From Rhynchobatus australiae (lineage: Eukaryota): a stretch of 64,000 nucleotides of DNA. A program made the position numbers and the translations under genes. The DNA lies in assembly GCA_034780895.1 (NCBI GenBank), contig JAUZTB010000071.1:16609837-16673836 (forward strand), read 5' to 3'. The notes under the pieces were generated by a model. That model had not been told where the DNA came from, searched no databases, and saw only the letters and a program-made list of their open reading frames with translations. Each line of letters opens with the position of its first letter. The stretch's first letter is position 1. This document shows positions 52,601 to 64,000 of the stretch, in pieces.

Positions 52601-55600
52601 TTCAAAAAGAGAGGCATTGGTAGTCTGGGAGGTAATATGGACTAGTGAGCACAGGGGTGATGAATAAACAGAACATGATGTGAGTTAGTATTCAGGTGTT
52701 AAGCTTTTAAATTCTTCTGTCTAGACTAGGAAACTTCTCATTAAAAAGGAAAATTATCTTCCCAGATAGTGCCTTTTTCAAACCTAAATTGGTTTACAAT
52801 TGACATTAGCTATTTCAATTTAAATTCTGACTGTTTCCTAATCAATTTGATTACCCAGCTAATTCAACTTTATTGGAAAGTGCAGTGTATTTCCTTAACA
52901 TACATTATTTAATATCATTCAAATGCAGACAGAATTATGGTGGCAAGAAAGAAATTAAAACCGAAATTAGAGCAGACAGTCAAAGAGTACTATTCAGTCT
53001 ACGTGAATGGGTCTTTTGCCAATAACTTGAACCAGTTCATGGGCAATGACAAACTTAGTGCATTCTGAGCTTATCTAGAACAGATTTAGCCAAGCTTTTG
53101 AGCTAGAGCAACATACATCTGAGTCATACAATTTCATGTATGATTTAATGGAAATGAGTTTAACTTTGATCTATCTCTATTTTTAATGGTAACAGACTTC
53201 TGCATTCAGGTTTATCCATCCCTCAGCCAGTAAGAATAGTCGTCGTCGTCCCCCCACCCCAACTAGCAAGCCGTCAGACCCAAACACTGAATCATGAGAA
53301 GCACAAATACAGTTGAGTTGCACAAGATTTGAGAGCCTCTAGCCAGGACTTGGGAATGAGTGGCCTGATATGGGAGCATTAAGCACAGCCTTCCTTCTGT
53401 TCACTGAGGCAAGTCAAACCAAACCATCCCATGGGAAGGATGACATGTATTGAGAGGAATGGGTTGAAGGTTCCAGTATCACTGTAATGTATTGCAATGC
53501 AGTCATGGCTTTGCTATCCCTGGTGGGGGTGGGGGGAAAGTATTAAAGACCTCTGGTCTGAAAATCTAGACCATAAAATTTCATTGTACTTGGATTTAAT
53601 ATACCAGTCCCACACAACTGTTAAATTTCATGGAAAGGTTTAAAAGGGACCTGAGGGATAACTTTCACATGCAGAGGGTGGTATGCATATGGAATGAGCT
53701 GCCAGAGAAAGCAACTGAGGCAGGTACAACAATGACATTTAAAGGACATTTGGACAGATGTATGGATAGGAAAGGTTTAGAGAGATACAGACCAAATGGG
53801 ACTAGCTTAGGTGGGTGCCTTGATCAGCATAGACAAATTGGGCTTCAGGACATGTTTCTGTGCTGTATTACTTTATGACTCGTGTATCACAATGGCCCAG
53901 ATTTGGGTCTGTGGTGATCTCCCTGCATTTACCCAAAGTGACATGGGTATCTGAATGTGGATGTCCCAACTTTGTTGACAGATCCCTGCCAGTGAATCTA
54001 TCATTGTGATCCACTGCTGACTCTGTATGGAGTAGTGCAGTGGCAGAGTAAAAATTCTGAAATTCCCCAGCATGTAAATTGGCGAATCCATTTGTGAATC
54101 CTATGCCAGATTAGAAAGCGCAAGAACCATGAACCCACTCAATCATTGGATATTTTCCAGCTGCCATAATGAAATGTAAAAATAAGGTAAATTATCTTGT
54201 TTATTTGTGAATCATGATCTCCCTCCTGGTAAGAAACAGGCCCAGTGTTGATTGAAAGAATACAGTGAAGTGGTATTATTGTACAAGCTGTCAGTCTTTA
54301 CACAGTTCACTGTTGTCAAAGAATTGCCTTTTGCAATCTTGTCTGACCCTCTGCAAGTTCAAATTATGGCTCCTGATTCATTTTAACATACTTAATTGGA
54401 ATATAGCATAAACTCAAACACAACCAAATACTTTCAACATCTTAAAACTTAATTAGATCACCTCCAAGCATACATTTCCCTGGCATAGGTTCCCTGATCT
54501 TCTAATCTACTTCAATAACTAAAATGCATTTTCATTCTTTTTGATTTCCCTTCCTATGTTATCGCATGATATGATAACATTGCAAGGGTAGAAATTAATT
54601 AAACCCAAACAGAAACCATTGCCCTTGAACAATGTTCTATTAAAAGCATATTTTTCTTAAAATGGACCTGGTGCATAACTGTGAAACCACTAATAACCTG
54701 AAGGTCCTGGTGGGCTAGCAGAATCCCAGCTGTGTTTATTTGAGGATTGATTGATTCTTTTTATCAGGAAAGAGTTTGCATTAGTCATTGTGCATCAAGG
54801 TAAGAGACGACTAATTAAAAATCTTACTGTGCTCGGTACAGTAACAGAGTATATGGAAAGGGTCACCAGCTGGTAAACCTTTCTGTGCAGTCTGTGCTGG
54901 GCCACAAAACTGCTTTTGATTGTAATAATGAACGAGGCCATATGCTTGCACTTTGATCGGAATGAATATATACAATGTTCTTCAACTGAGTCATATCAAT
55001 CTTCCCAAAATATTGGGGTATCATTACCAATAACCAATGTTACCTGTGAGTAAGTGCAACTAAAAATCCACAGAAGATTCTAGAAAATCTCCTTCAACCC
55101 TGCTGCACAGATGTTAGTGGTGTATTCCCGGATTCTCCATTCCTTTCCTGTTTTCCCCCTGCTGCTTTGATTCCACAGCATTCCATATATGCCCATGCCA
55201 TCAGTTCGCCATGTTTGTGATATTGTATATTAATTTTAAATTTAGTTGCTATTCAGTGTTATTCAGATCCATTTCATTGCAACTTCTCAGATAATGCAGT
55301 TGTTTATATCCATATGCAGCAAGAGCTGGACAACATTCAAGCAAGGATTGAAAAGTAACAAGAAATGCATGATACACAAGCACCAGGCAGTGATTATCCC
55401 CAACTGCCTCCCCATGCCATTTAACAGCATCACCTTTGTGAAAATATTCCCAACAACATGGAAATTTAACAGGGCCAATTGCATAAATACAACATGGTTC
55501 AAAAACACATCAGTGACTGGGAATTTCTGTGATGAACGACTCACTCCCTAAAGTTTTTTCCACTATCTTCATGATACAGTACTTTCCACCTGTTTGGATA

Positions 55601-58600
55601 ACTGCAAATCAAGATGTTCAACACTGTCTAAGACAAAGCACATGTTTGGAGACACAATGATGCACGTTTGGGGCCCTGAAGCAGGGTTTTGACCCAAAAC
55701 ATCGACAGTTCCTTTCCTGCTACAAATGCTGCTTGACCCAATGAGTTCCTTGTTTGTTGCTGAAGCACACATTTGATTGGCACTCTATCATTTTAAACGT
55801 CACTCCCTCCACCGCTTGTACCCTGTGGCCAATGCATACAATCTGCCAATGCACTGTTCCACTTACCAAGGCATTTTCAACATTATCGCTCCCTAAATAC
55901 ATGCAATCTGTATCATCTGAAAGATGAGACAGCAGGCACATGGGAACATAGCTGCAGGTTCACTTCCTACACTAACACTCTCATGACTTGGAATTATATC
56001 GCTTTTCCTTCAAGTAGCTGAATCAAAATCCTGGAATGCCTTATCTAACTGTATAGTGGGAGTACGTTCACCACAAAGACTGCAACAATTCAAGAAGGTG
56101 GCTTGCTGCCATTTTCTCAAGAGTAATCAAGGACAGGCATTAAACCCTGGCACTGCCAGCACCACCCATATTGAATGGACTGAAAACATTCATCAACATT
56201 CACTGAAATGTGCTGAAACTCATCTCAGAAAAGAATGTTAAACATTTATCAATTTTCCTATTGGCTCAACAAGTATATACCGTAAATAGATTAAGAAAAC
56301 CCCAGGTTCAATCTGTGTTCTATGCCAAAATAATTTTAGCTGGGCTGGTAGGTAGTTCAAAGTGGGCAGGAAGAGTTGTCCAGGGTTTGTGTTTGCTGTC
56401 AACAGATCTCTGGAAACATGCATGGTTAATGTAAAGAGACAAGATTGGGCTTGTTTCAGGAACAGTGGACATCGATTGACCAGAGAGAGTGTCTGCTTCC
56501 TGGGGAACAGCTCCCCATCGTAGATTGCAAAGCTTTGAGAAGATAGAAAAAGATAAGAGGTAACCACTTTCCACCACATCAGAGATGATGACTCTGAACA
56601 TTCTTTTTGAATTTGTTTCAGGGGCTGGAACTCTATTCAAAAATGCAGAACCCATTCGCAGATACACAGACCTTGATGAAATAGACACAAGCCGTCTAAT
56701 ATCGCTGATAAATAAATCATTTGGGAAAGAGCTATATGAGGACTACATCTCAGTAATAAAACCCAAGCTACATTCTGTTTATTTGTCTGAAGGGTAAGAG
56801 TTTTGCCACCAACGGGTTTTGTGACTGATCCCTTTTCTACTTGTACGCCCCTCTCTAATTTCATTCATGAAATAACTGCAAGTGGTTGCAGCTGGCTTTG
56901 CTGACTTTGAAATAATTGGAAAGTGAAAAAACTCAGTGTAGGAAGGATGAAAGCAAATCAGAAGCACTGGAGAAATCCAGGTTGGTAATCTTATCACAGA
57001 CAGAAGAAACCCAAGCCCAGAAAATGCACTGTCTAGCACAACATGCGCACTGTGCGATTGAATTCTAATTGGATGAACCAAGGAATCAGGTACTTACTCA
57101 CGTGTTTCACAAAGGTCAGAGTTACTCTGGATTCTCCATGCGAATGGTACCTCTTGCACAGAGTTCAACAAGCTCCCAGTGGCATGCATCAGTGTGTAAC
57201 ATATATTTGGACAGCATCTCTGCTAAATTCAGCTGTCCCACAGATAGTGCAGACCAACTTTGCTGAAGGTGACTTTCACAATGAATGTGAGGTCTGCTTC
57301 AGCAAGACGTAAAGGAGATCCATCTGACCAAATCAGAGGCTGGAGTGCTTGGAACTACCCTTGGTAGGTCCTCTTTAAGCTATCCACTTCACCCTTACAG
57401 TGAGGTTTTCTTTGGTCTCTCCCACCACCATACCCCACCCCATTTGTGATCCCAATACCCTCCCCCACCCCAGACTTTCATCCTAACTTCCTCTGCAACC
57501 ACTCAATTATAACTTGTATCACTCCTATCCCACCACAGCAGATCACAATAACCCCACCCAAATTCCTGCAATGCCCAATTCAAACCTAGAGGTCCCACCC
57601 CATCCCCTTCTCCCAAATGACTGGCACTGCAATCATTCCCCATTTCCCCCACACTGTGCCTCTCTTGCCCCCTTTCCTCCCTCCAAACTATCTGAGATAT
57701 CTTGGATCTCAGACACAATGGAATTTTCCAGTGCTGGACCCATACTCTTGGTAATCTACCACACATTGCCAGCTTAGCACACCTTACCTGGAGCCCCAGA
57801 CTTGTTGTGCCAAGGTCATATTATTCATGGCTATTGGCAGATTTCCCTCAATTTATTTAACAGTGCAACGTCATAAGCTCAAATAGGTTTTCCAGTTCTA
57901 TACAACATTGCCACTGAATGCACACCTGATTTATACACGCAAAATTTCCAGAAGACCACTGAGAATAGAAACTATAATTGCTTTTCCCCCTCTCCCGGCT
58001 CCCCACCCCCTCTCCTAGCTCAGGCACATTGAGACCAATCTGTGATGATCCTTTTGTCTTCCCAACCAAGGCTGACTGACTGATTCAACATAGGGCAGAG
58101 ACTGACTTGGAAGGATTCAATATATTTGATTATTCCCACAACAGAAGGACATAATAAGTTAACTCTGCTCTAACACAGGTCTATAGATACCTTCATAGGT
58201 CATCGTGGCTATGTGGTACAAAAAAATCTAAAGGGAAAGAAAAATGTAATTGTTCCATGGAATGCAAAGTGATACAGCTGTTGCTTGGACTTCATTTACT
58301 TTAAAACAGCCCCAAAACTCTTCAGTGAGGCAGAATTATGGCAAGTTATTATTCAATATGTTTAAATGTAATTAAGCAGTCTGTTATGCAATAAGTATAT
58401 TGATTTGTAGCTAAATCTTGACTGCATTCCTCTGGCATATGGCACAAATTGCTGCAATAAACTATAACATGAGAATGAGTTTGAATTGCTGATACAACTA
58501 TCCTCTGCCTGTGTTCCATAGGTACAGTGCTGCTGCAATTATCACCACAGAATCTGTCTTGAATAGGATGCCATATCTTGATAAATTTGTTGTCAGTACA

Positions 58601-61087
58601 AGTAAACGCGGCCAAGGGACCAGTCTGATGTTATGGGAATGTATTCAGCAGGACTTTGAAGCACTTTTTTGGAGATCGAGGACAACAAACAGAATCAATC
58701 CTTGGTAAATTCGTAATTTATCTGTTGACTATATCTTGTATAAAATGTTGTCACATACAAAGTTTACATACCAGAATGAGGCTTCAGGTAATCTTAATTT
58801 TATTCCAAGAACCTACAGATAGCTGTCTTATCATTTTACTTAGAGATTCATCAGTTTAAGGAACACATTGGATACAACTGCATGTAGAACAGGATTATCA
58901 TTGCTCAAACATCAATACACCGTTCAATACAAAGTAAGCAAGCATAGATTTATGGTAATCGACATCAACTTGCAACTTCCACCATACATTAGGACACAGA
59001 ATTGGATTCAGTAGCACCCTTTATTTGACAGTCTGAGTGTTAGTTTGAATGGAATTTCATGTGTGACCCACATACACACATTGCTTCACAGCAAATCATA
59101 TCATCCGCTGTATTCATAAAGGCAGTGGGAAGTGCAACCTTCAAGAATTCTGAAAGTGTGAGAGTAGACAGAGCTTGACATCAGTCCTCAAAGCCAGTGC
59201 AACTAAACTGGATTTCCATGATCCAGCTCACACTATGTGTTTAACTGGTTTAACATGTGTTTAACATTAAAAACATGTCCTAGGTAGAGCTTTCTGAGTG
59301 GAAACTAGACCCAGCTACAAAGATTCTCACAACAGTTGCTGCACCCCTCTCAATGTACTTTGGGATTTACCCTAGCACCCCTCCACCTAGCCACCCACAA
59401 GACCCCAGCGAGGCACCACTTTCTCAACCCCTACAGTTCTGAGCTCTCTGGCATCAGTTCTTCAGCTCAAGTGAGAATGGTTAATCATACTCTGACTGCC
59501 ATGAGAAATACAATAACTCCTTGCTAAAAGCAGATGTACATTTCTCTAAGAAATTGGGTTTCAATTTAGATCAACCATTAAAACAGTAGCTTGACTTGTA
59601 AAAAATGTATGCATGTGTATACCACATATAAAATTCTATGAAAATTTGGAGCAACAAATAATGGGAACTGCAGAACCCAGTTTTGTAGCCGTAGATTTAC
59701 ACACATCTACACATCTCTTGGCAGTTCTCCATTTCACCTCTTACATTGCCATCTCCTTGTATCCTTTCCACCTTTCACTCTTCCTGTTATCCCAACTGTT
59801 TGTTGTCACCATCCTCTTTACTCCCTTCTTCTGTTAATGTCCTTAATTTTATTCTACTATTGTCATTGTCTAATCTCCCCATCTGTTATGTTTATTTGCA
59901 TAAAGTAGATACATCAGCATTAGTAAACAGAGATTGAGGACACAAAGAGAACCCAGTAACCCAGATTTATAAATGTAAGCATGCTTACAGGCAAAGACCA
60001 CCTGCATTGAGGTCTTGGCATGAGTATTAGCCAAATAATTACACCACAATACTCAAAACAAGATGTTCATGTTTCCAATTTAGTAGAAAGGGCTTGACAG
60101 CTTCAGGGTCTATAGTCGCTGTTAGGTTCTTGATCTGGAATCAGTTGGTCTGAACAAGGAGGTTTTGTGTTCTCCCAATTTTCACACATTTATGCTAAGG
60201 TAGACTCCCTTACTGCAAGCAATCTGGTCTCTTGTTCAACTGCTCTTTCAGTATACATGACCCATGGCAATGAGTGTCAGATTTTTTTGATTGTGGCTAA
60301 CCTTGCCTGACATCATACAGTCACTTTAAGACAGGACTTCAGCTTAATTACTAAGAGCAGGATTCACTGCTTCTCCACCTGTGCGCATACACTCTCACTC
60401 AACATAGCATAGAGTCCAATATGTGGCTGGTAGCATAGACCCCTCACGGCACCACAGTTGAACAGGCTCAGGAGATATTCCACTTAGTCTTTGATTGTCT
60501 GCATCCCTCAGTGCAAAATTNNNNNNNNNNNNNNNNNNNNNNNNNNNNNNNNNNNNNNNNNNNNNNNNNNNNNNNNNNNNNNNNNNNNNNNNNNNNNNNN
60601 NNNNNNNNNNNNNNNNNNNNAATTTTGAACCTATATATTCATATAGTTCCTTCTGTCTTGATCAGAACTGTCATCAGTAGGTTCAATAACATATGTTCTC
60701 TTTCCAATTAAATTGAATGCCTGTCTTTATAGAACAACACCCTCATTGGGCTTATACAGTAGTGCTGTGTATAAGTTTTTTTTAATTCTTTTACCCCTTT
60801 TTGCTCATTTTTTCTCTTAATGCATTTTTTCTCTAAAGTGTTGCTGTAATTTATTGCTGCCATTGTCACTCAGTGCACAACCAATTTCAGATGGCTTTCA
60901 TTTGTGCAGGTATTTCAAGCAATGTGATGGAAGCTTTACAACTGGACAATGGATAGTATTTTGGTATGGCCTATCAAATATGCGTGACTCTTATGACCTG
61001 GTGGACTATGCAGAAAATCTACCCGATTCTTTTATCAAACCAAAGGAGCCTGTAAATGAGCAAACCTCTTCTATGACGGAAAACTAA
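34327..61087 (+). CDS. NAGS: N-acetylglutamate synthase, mitochondrial (7 coding exons; join 34327..34659,40902..41176,41823..42036,49538..49718,56622..56793,58522..58704,60910..61087; 511 aa)
   Basis: The spliced translation contains vertebrate NAGS hallmarks: [85 protein letters not shown]. All six introns are GT..AG with matching phases (0,2,0,1,2,2). Exon lengths 333+275+214+181+172+183+178 = 1536 nt. Confidence 0.97.
34712..34840. mobile_element. Miniature palindromic Penelope-like remnant in NAGS intron 1
   Basis: CACAAAATGCTGGAG...GGCAGCATCT / AGATGCTGCC...CTCCAGCATTTTGTG inverted arms. Confidence 0.65.
38165..38471 (-). mobile_element. V-SINE (HE1-like), antisense in NAGS intron 1
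   Basis: Reverse complement of the V-domain (GAGGAAACCAGAGCACTCAGAGGAAGCCCATGTGGTTACAGGGAGAACATACAAACTCC) and of the B-box (GGATTGAACC). Confidence 0.75.
39700..40030 (+). mobile_element. DeuSINE (SacSINE1/AmnSINE-like) remnant
   Basis: TGCTGCACTGTCAGAAGCACCATTCTTTGGTTGAGACATTAAA...AAGATCTCATGGCTATTTTGAAGAAGAGCAAGGGAA...AATATTTATTCC. Confidence 0.65.
40040..40700 (+). mobile_element. Decayed CR1 reverse-transcriptase fragment
   Basis: Translation [15 protein letters not shown] matches the CR1 pattern 'SKFADDTKLGG.V'. Confidence 0.6.
40902..41176 (+). CDS. NAGS: NAGS coding exon 2 (AAK domain)
   Basis: Acceptor ccattag|GTG. Encodes VDEEIF...[19 protein letters not shown]...PFF. Donor AG|GTACAG. 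275 nt. Confidence 0.93.
41823..42036 (+). CDS. NAGS: NAGS coding exon 3
   Basis: Acceptor cttttgcacag|T. Encodes [20 protein letters not shown]...[14 protein letters not shown]. Donor AAG|GTGAGT. 214 nt. Confidence 0.95.
44740..45130 (+). mobile_element. tRNA-derived SINE remnant (family of 3990-4330)
   Basis: GAGTTCAAATC box, TTAAGGAAAAGAAATC core and TTAGGGATGGGAATTAAATGTTGACCTTGC tail. Confidence 0.5.
49538..49718 (+). CDS. NAGS: NAGS coding exon 4
   Basis: Acceptor ggcacag|GTT. Encodes [11 protein letters not shown]...[19 protein letters not shown]. Donor G|GTACCA. 181 nt. Confidence 0.94.
50590..51280 (-). mobile_element. Decayed RTE LINE 3' part
   Basis: Minus-strand [29 protein letters not shown]...QCLFKIL matches the RTE pattern 'Y.A.V.P.LLY.SETWT.Y.R.LK.L'. 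Confidence 0.7.
51721..52120 (+). mobile_element. V-SINE (HE1-like) in NAGS intron 4
   Basis: Closely similar to 3067-3322. A ~30-bp segment is duplicated across the N gap. Confidence 0.8.
53630..53880 (+). mobile_element. CR1 (HER1-like) 3' end
   Basis: Translation [30 protein letters not shown]...FKGHLDR, followed by the CR1 3' UTR. Confidence 0.8.
55670..55765 (+). mobile_element. Penelope-like terminal-repeat remnant
   Basis: CCTGAAGCAGGGTTTTGACCCAAAACATCGAC...ATGCTGCTTGACCCAATGAGTTCC. Confidence 0.5.
55780..56185 (+). mobile_element. CR1/L2-clade LINE 3' fragment
   Basis: Reverse-orientation homolog of the 30480-31200 and 3556-3805 terminus. Confidence 0.55.
56622..56793 (+). CDS. NAGS: NAGS coding exon 5 (AAK-NAT linker, start of NAT domain)
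   Basis: Acceptor tttcag|GG. Encodes [14 protein letters not shown]...LHSVYLSE. Donor GG|GTAAGA. 172 nt. Confidence 0.95.
58522..58704 (+). CDS. NAGS: NAGS coding exon 6 (GNAT/NAT catalytic domain)
   Basis: Acceptor ttccatag|G. Encodes [10 protein letters not shown]...PYLDKFVVS...LWE...[13 protein letters not shown]. Donor TG|GTAAAT. 183 nt. Confidence 0.96.
60910..61087 (+). CDS. NAGS: NAGS coding exon 7 (to TAA stop)
   Basis: Acceptor tgtgcag|G. Encodes [21 protein letters not shown]...RDSYDLV...PDSF. Stop TAA at 61085-61087. Confidence 0.95.
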
Positions 61088-63039
61088 ATTTCTTCACTTA
61101 ATGGATTTTTTTCGATCCATGTCCAAAGTATCAATTGTACTCCTAAGGTTAGACATGCTTTGGTTTTGGCAAAGATTATTGGTTTGAATCTCTCCTCCTT
61201 TTGTAAAAGCTTACCTTCAAATACTACTAATGGTAAAAGAGAAAATTTCTACTTAAATTAACAAACCATGAGTGAATAAGCAAATGAAACTTCCATTAAT
61301 ATGATGGTTTTAAAGCTAACTACACTCGTCTGTTACGGGACTTCGATCTTTTGTGGTAGGTAGTACAAAGTAATTAGTAAGCTTTCTTTAATTGAAACTG
61401 AGATCTGTTATAATGGGAAAGGAGAGCACAGGGAAGCTTGTGACCAAGTTCTTCAAAAGAACTGACTTAATGACTCTCAGATTGTCCAACAAAACAACTG
61501 AATATCTCTTTTATGAAGAGGAGGAGTCAGATTGATTGAACACAAAGTGCAGTCTATTAGAAGTCAGTTAGGACATTCTCACACCCTATTTTCTATCCTC
61601 ATATGAGTGGATGGAAGGTTATATCAGGATTGTAGAATGGAAGATCCCAGATGATGAAATTTCATTTGTACTTTTCAAAGGCACAGTTTTGGCTTTGTTC
61701 AAACTTGGCAAACAGCACTTGGTTTTGCTGCTACTTCTAATGTCAAAGAGGATAGTGGTAGACTGGCAGATCCTGCCTGCTTGAGGGAAGGGGGAACAGG
61801 TGCCATTCACCGAAAAGATGCCACCTGNNNNNNNNNNNNNNNNNNNNNNNNNNNNNNNNNNNNNNNNNNNNNNNNNNNNNNNNNNNNNNNNNNNNNNNNN
61901 NNNNNNNNNNNNNNNNNNNNNNNNNNNNNNNNNNNNNNNNNNNNNNNNNNNNNNNNNNNNNNNNNNNNAAACATCAGTTAACTGAAAGAAATGCCCTAGA
62001 ATAATTCTAGATGCATTATTTACTTAAACAGTTTGTGCCAGATTTTTATCTCCTTGTGGCAACATTTTCATTCCATTTTCACAGTGATGGAAAACTTTCA
62101 CTGGCCCTTCCTAGAAACATGGTCATACCAGTTTGTACATTCTGTATAGTCTAAACCAAAAAGCAAATTATTTTCAAACTGTTAATTTGCACGCCTGCCT
62201 TTGTACAGACAATCCATTACCAAAGTCGAAACAGTGCCTGTAAGACGTTAGGAAGAAAAGAGGGCTAGACTCGAGGCAAATATAAATCTTTAGATCCAGC
62301 ATTCATTGTTTTCATTATTAGTGTTTAAGCATTCTGCAATCCTTTTAAAAGTCTTAAGTTTTGATTGTGAAAGAGTTAAACAGTTTTAATTGCAGGAATG
62401 AAAATGCCAAAAACTTCACTTTTGGTACCTTCTGGTGGTAATATTTTGAATTCAGAACTCTTGAGGGCTGTCAAATCCTCCACCTTTTGCAAATTTCATG
62501 GTTATAGACAAGAATGATATGCAAAAAAAAAGCAAATTCTAGTTTTGCCTCAATTCTCTTCTCTAATTTTTGGGAGGGTCTTTTTCATCACAAAGACCAC
62601 TTCAGTGGAAATCTTTAATATGGGAGAGGGGGATCTATAGTTTAGTAATCTATTTATTAATGAAAATATTAAAATAACAACACTATGCTTAGAGTGGTAA
62701 TAGGAGTGACCTGGTTTATTTATCAGTGCACTGATCATAGATGGGTAAATTTATGAGAATTTGCTTCCAATGTGGCATTGAGTTCTGCTGTAGCTGTTCA
62801 CCCTAGTAACAGCACAATTATTTTTATGTTCATTCAGTCCATTAATAGANNNNNNNNNNNNNNNNNNNNNNNNNNNNNNNNNNNNNNNNNNNNNNNNNNN
62901 NNNNNNNNNNNNNNNNNNNNNNNNNNNNNNNNNNNNNNNNNNNNNNNNNNNNNNNNNNNNNNNNNNNNNNNNNNNNNNNNNCCACAGTGTTGACTGCACA
63001 CTTTGGGCTATATCTCACCAACATGGGGTGGGGATATGA

Positions 63040-63230
63040 AACAAACTGCCAGAGGCAGTGGTAGAGGATGGTACAATTACAACATTTAAAAGACATTTGG
63101 ACAGGTTCAGGGATAGGAAAAGTTTAGGAGGATATGGGCTAAGTGCAGGCAAATGGGCTCAGGAAGACACCTTGGTTGGCATGGACAATTTGGGCCGAAA
63201 GGCCTGTTTCTGTGCTGTATAACTCTGTGA
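63040..63230 (+). mobile_element. CR1 (HER1-like) 3' end
   Basis: ACATTTAAAAGACATTTGGACAGG...GGCATGGACAATTTGGGCCGAAAGGCCTGTTTCTGTGCTGTATAACTCT. The same tail occurs at 26240-26305. Confidence 0.75.
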
Positions 63231-64000
63231 ATCTAATATTCATTTACAAAGGACATTTAGGAATTGTAAAATACTGAGAGTTGAATTTGCAGTTATCCAG
63301 CTGTTTTATATCTTGTGGTGGACTCCTGTGGGTCATTATTAATAGATAACCTTTGACTATATTGTAAAAAACGCAACAAAATTGATGGCCAGTTTCTCCA
63401 AACTTCAGTTCTTTGTAAATTGGATGTATCTACCCTAGGTTTTTTTTTGGAAAGAGACACAAAGGAGAAATTGTCTATGAATGGCCNNNNNNNNNNNNNN
63501 NNNNNNNNNNNNGGAGGTTGTACTTAACTCTGTATATTGAGTTCTGTTGAATTTAATGGAATTGAATACAAGAGAATACAACCAGCCATGTTATACACTT
63601 AATGTGTTTAACAAAGAAGAACTTGAAGCCCCAAGTAACTTTGATAGCATAATAGTCTGGGTCATTCAACACCACTTGTAATTGTTCTAACCATTTGAGA
63701 TTTGTAAGCAGTAAAATTACTGAGCACTACATCTCTGATAATCTGTGGTGCAATCTATTTTGTCCTGTATCATGAGACACTAAAATAAACATAAAAAGGC
63801 CATAAGTCATAGAATGGACTGACTTTGTAAAAACATTTGTGGAGGCAAAAGATAACATCATTTAAATATTGACAGACATTAAAGGCACGTGCCAAATGTT
63901 AGATTATCTTAAGAAAATTAAATTAGCCAATATTTAAATTATTGCAAATATCTATAAAATGCATACCTGCATGGTTTTGTGAGATATATTAATTAACTCA

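Noticed and set aside
57420-57790. C-rich tract giving a Pro/His-rich ORF (57514-57777) in intron 5
   Set aside because: Low-complexity sequence, no splice-compatible role in NAGS, and no recognisable domain.
61088-64000. Convergent TMEM101 last exon (mammalian synteny)
   Set aside because: No recognisable TMEM101 coding sequence on the minus strand within the window.

Overview
AT-rich vertebrate genomic DNA with many N gaps. The repeat content (HE1/V-SINE, DeuSINE, CR1/HER1, Rex-Babar, RTE, Penelope-type remnants) points to a cartilaginous fish (shark or ray; inferred). The only protein-coding gene I can support is a complete 7-exon N-acetylglutamate synthase (NAGS) on the + strand. Its CDS runs 34327..61087, spliced length 1536 nt, 511 aa, with all GT-AG introns and consistent phases. 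The first ~34 kb is intergenic and made mostly of decayed transposons. It also holds two strong CTCF motifs and a dense cluster of liver-type transcription-factor motifs ~8.5 kb upstream of NAGS. I found no novel multi-gene system. The best second-look items are that candidate enhancer, clustered upstream ORFs at the NAGS start, substitutions at conserved NAGS positions, and a family of self-inverted Penelope-like elements with hammerhead-ribozyme-like cores, three of which bracket NAGS exon 1. Repeat boundaries are approximate, and family names come from recognition rather than a database search.
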